This document shows, piece by piece, positions 62,446-64,000 of a DNA stretch of 64,000 bases. A model generated the notes under the pieces. The model saw nothing but the letters and a program-made list of their open reading frames with translations. It searched no databases and was not told the DNA's origin. Made by a program: the position numbers and the translations under genes. Position 1 is the first letter of the stretch, and each line of letters opens with the position of its first letter. The DNA comes from an uncultured cyanobacterium (GTDB lineage: Bacteria; Cyanobacteriota; Cyanobacteriia; Cyanobacteriales; CAWCAG01). The stretch lies in NCBI GenBank assembly GCA_963803805.1, contig CAWDOD010000003.1, positions 576,001 through 640,000 of the forward strand, in the 5' to 3' direction.

Positions 62446-64000
62446 CTAGAAGGTGAAGGTTGTTCTCAGTGTACCGATAAAGACATCTTCAGCATCGGAG
62501 TCTTGACCAACACTAGGCAACCAAATTATGCCAGGAGTAATGAGAATATTATTGCTTAACTTGTACTTGTAGAAAGCTTCTGCGTGATAAGCCCAATCTC
62601 GATTTGCTAAGGGTACTGTTGCCCCTTCAAATTCTAGGCCTCGCAAAGTTGGTTCAGCGCCAAAAGCTAACCCAAGCATATTACCTTCTCCACCCAGATC
62701 CAAGAAGCCGAGGTTAGCATTAAATGTCCAAATATCCGCATCCCCTTTGCCGATTAAGCGAGCATCCATTTTGCCTACCCAACCATTAAGAATTAAGCTT
62801 TCGCTAAATCTTAAGGATGTTTCGATGCCGTAAGCATTGGTAGAAACAGCAGTAGCATCAGTAGTTGCGCTAACACCAGTCCAAGGAGAATTTGCTAAAT
62901 TAGTGCCAACTCCTCCCAAGAAGAAGCCCCGTTGCTGTCCTGTTCCAGAATTTGCGATACCAGCATAAGAATTGACATAGGTAAAAGCAACCTTGTAGCG
63001 ATCGCCCAATGCAACTTGCGCTATACCTGAATAGTTGCCATCAAATAAACCTGCGCCTTCAGCAGGGTTACTAGCTTCATTGCTGATGTAACCTAGGTCA
63101 ACTCTGACTCCTTTAGTCGGTCTGAGAGAGATTGCAGCCCCTGCACCAAGGGGGCCAAGGCGATAGATGGGGTTACGTTCAGCATTAGTAGAAAGCGCCC
63201 CTGTCCCCCCTGCACCACTCTCAAAGTAAGGGTTGAGAGTATCGGTATAGTAGTGGTGTAAACCATTATTAGCAATGATTTGCACGGTAGCTTTATCGCC
63301 TACAGGAGTGATGTAACGCAGGATATCTATAGCAACGTTGTTATCATTATCCGCGCTGCCAGGAAAGTAGGTAAAGCGACCTTCATTAGTTGCTGTTGGA
63401 GCAAGAAGAGGTACAACATTACCAGCCTGGAGGCGAGTTTGTAAAGTATCTCTACCGGTGAAACTGGTCATGAAGTTAAGGCGTACTCTATCTTGGAAGA
63501 CAGTACTTTTACTATCACCAATGCCACCAAAGGCATCGGAAAGACCGAAAATAACCTCACCGGCTAACTTGGTAGTGGTAGAAAATTGATGATCTTCAAC
63601 AAAAGCAACTCTACCTTCTAAATCGTCTACCCTAGCCCCTAATACAGCTAATTCTGCTTCAAACTCCTGGACTAAACGACGTAAAGTCGCCAAGTCTCCA
63701 TCTTCTACATCACCATAATTGGCTTCTACCCACTCCATACAACGACTTAAAGCGGCTGCAAACTCATAGCGGGTAATGTTGCGGTTGCCTTTGAAAGTTC
63801 CGTCAGGATAGCCCACAATACAGCCATACTTGTCAACCATTTTCTGTACAGCCTGAAACCAAAAAGGATCGATGTCAGAAAGTTGGGTAACACTGGTTAC
63901 TTGTTCGAGAGGGTCAATGTCTCCTTGCCCTTCGGTACTGTATTCATTCAGTTGGTTGAGGATTTGGCCATCTTCGGTTGGAGTTTGGGCTAGATAGTTT
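62446..64000 (-). CDS. SLH-domain cyanobacterial porin (SomA/OprB type), 5' end outside the window
   Basis: Frame open to the window edge (QVTSVTQLSD); YGCIVGYPDGTF SLH; QFSTTTKL.GE; terminal LRTTFTF. Confidence 0.93.
   Translation of the reverse strand, partial: NYLAQTPTEDGQILNQLNEYSTEGQGDIDPLEQVTSVTQLSDIDPFWFQAVQKMVDKYGCIVGYPDGTFKGNRNITRYEFAAALSRCMEWVEANYGDVEDGDLATLRRLVQEFEAELAVLGARVDDLEGRVAFVEDHQFSTTTKLAGEVIFGLSDAFGGIGDSKSTVFQDRVRLNFMTSFTGRDTLQTRLQAGNVVPLLAPTATNEGRFTYFPGSADNDNNVAIDILRYITPVGDKATVQIIANNGLHHYYTDTLNPYFESGAGGTGALSTNAERNPIYRLGPLGAGAAISLRPTKGVRVDLGYISNEASNPAEGAGLFDGNYSGIAQVALGDRYKVAFTYVNSYAGIANSGTGQQRGFFLGGVGTNLANSPWTGVSATTDATAVSTNAYGIETSLRFSESLILNGWVGKMDARLIGKGDADIWTFNANLGFLDLGGEGNMLGLAFGAEPTLRGLEFEGATVPLANRDWAYHAEAFYKYKLSNNILITPGIIWLPSVGQDSDAEDVFIGTLRTTFTF

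Overview
AT-rich cyanobacterial chromosomal segment: more than 20 HIP1 GCGATCGC octamers, heptamer STRR-type repeats, cyanobacterial gene families and an SLH-porin. It is mostly housekeeping genes (dxr, desA-desB, cobB, manC, pyrB, rimP-nusA-ylxR, ppc, dnaN, ssb, mreBCD-ribD, ntcB-cnaT), plus Ser/Thr signalling genes, glycosyltransferases and tRNA-Gly(CCC). Less ordinary elements are: a glutamine (glnA-type) riboswitch in front of a 72-aa membrane protein rather than gifB; a cluster of very small ORFs at 27.7-30.9 kb; a 77-aa ORF with a good Shine-Dalgarno site and a PatX-like PQRGSG motif; a canonical NtcA promoter plus a second NtcA box before ntcB-cnaT; an accessory xisH/xisI + LRR-Roc-COR block whose 69-bp LRR repeats look shuffled; a doubly deleted IS630 miniature element; and an ISL3 remnant. 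Four single-base frameshifts, one in essential dnaN, most likely reflect sequencing or assembly error. Family names come from motif recognition, not database searches.
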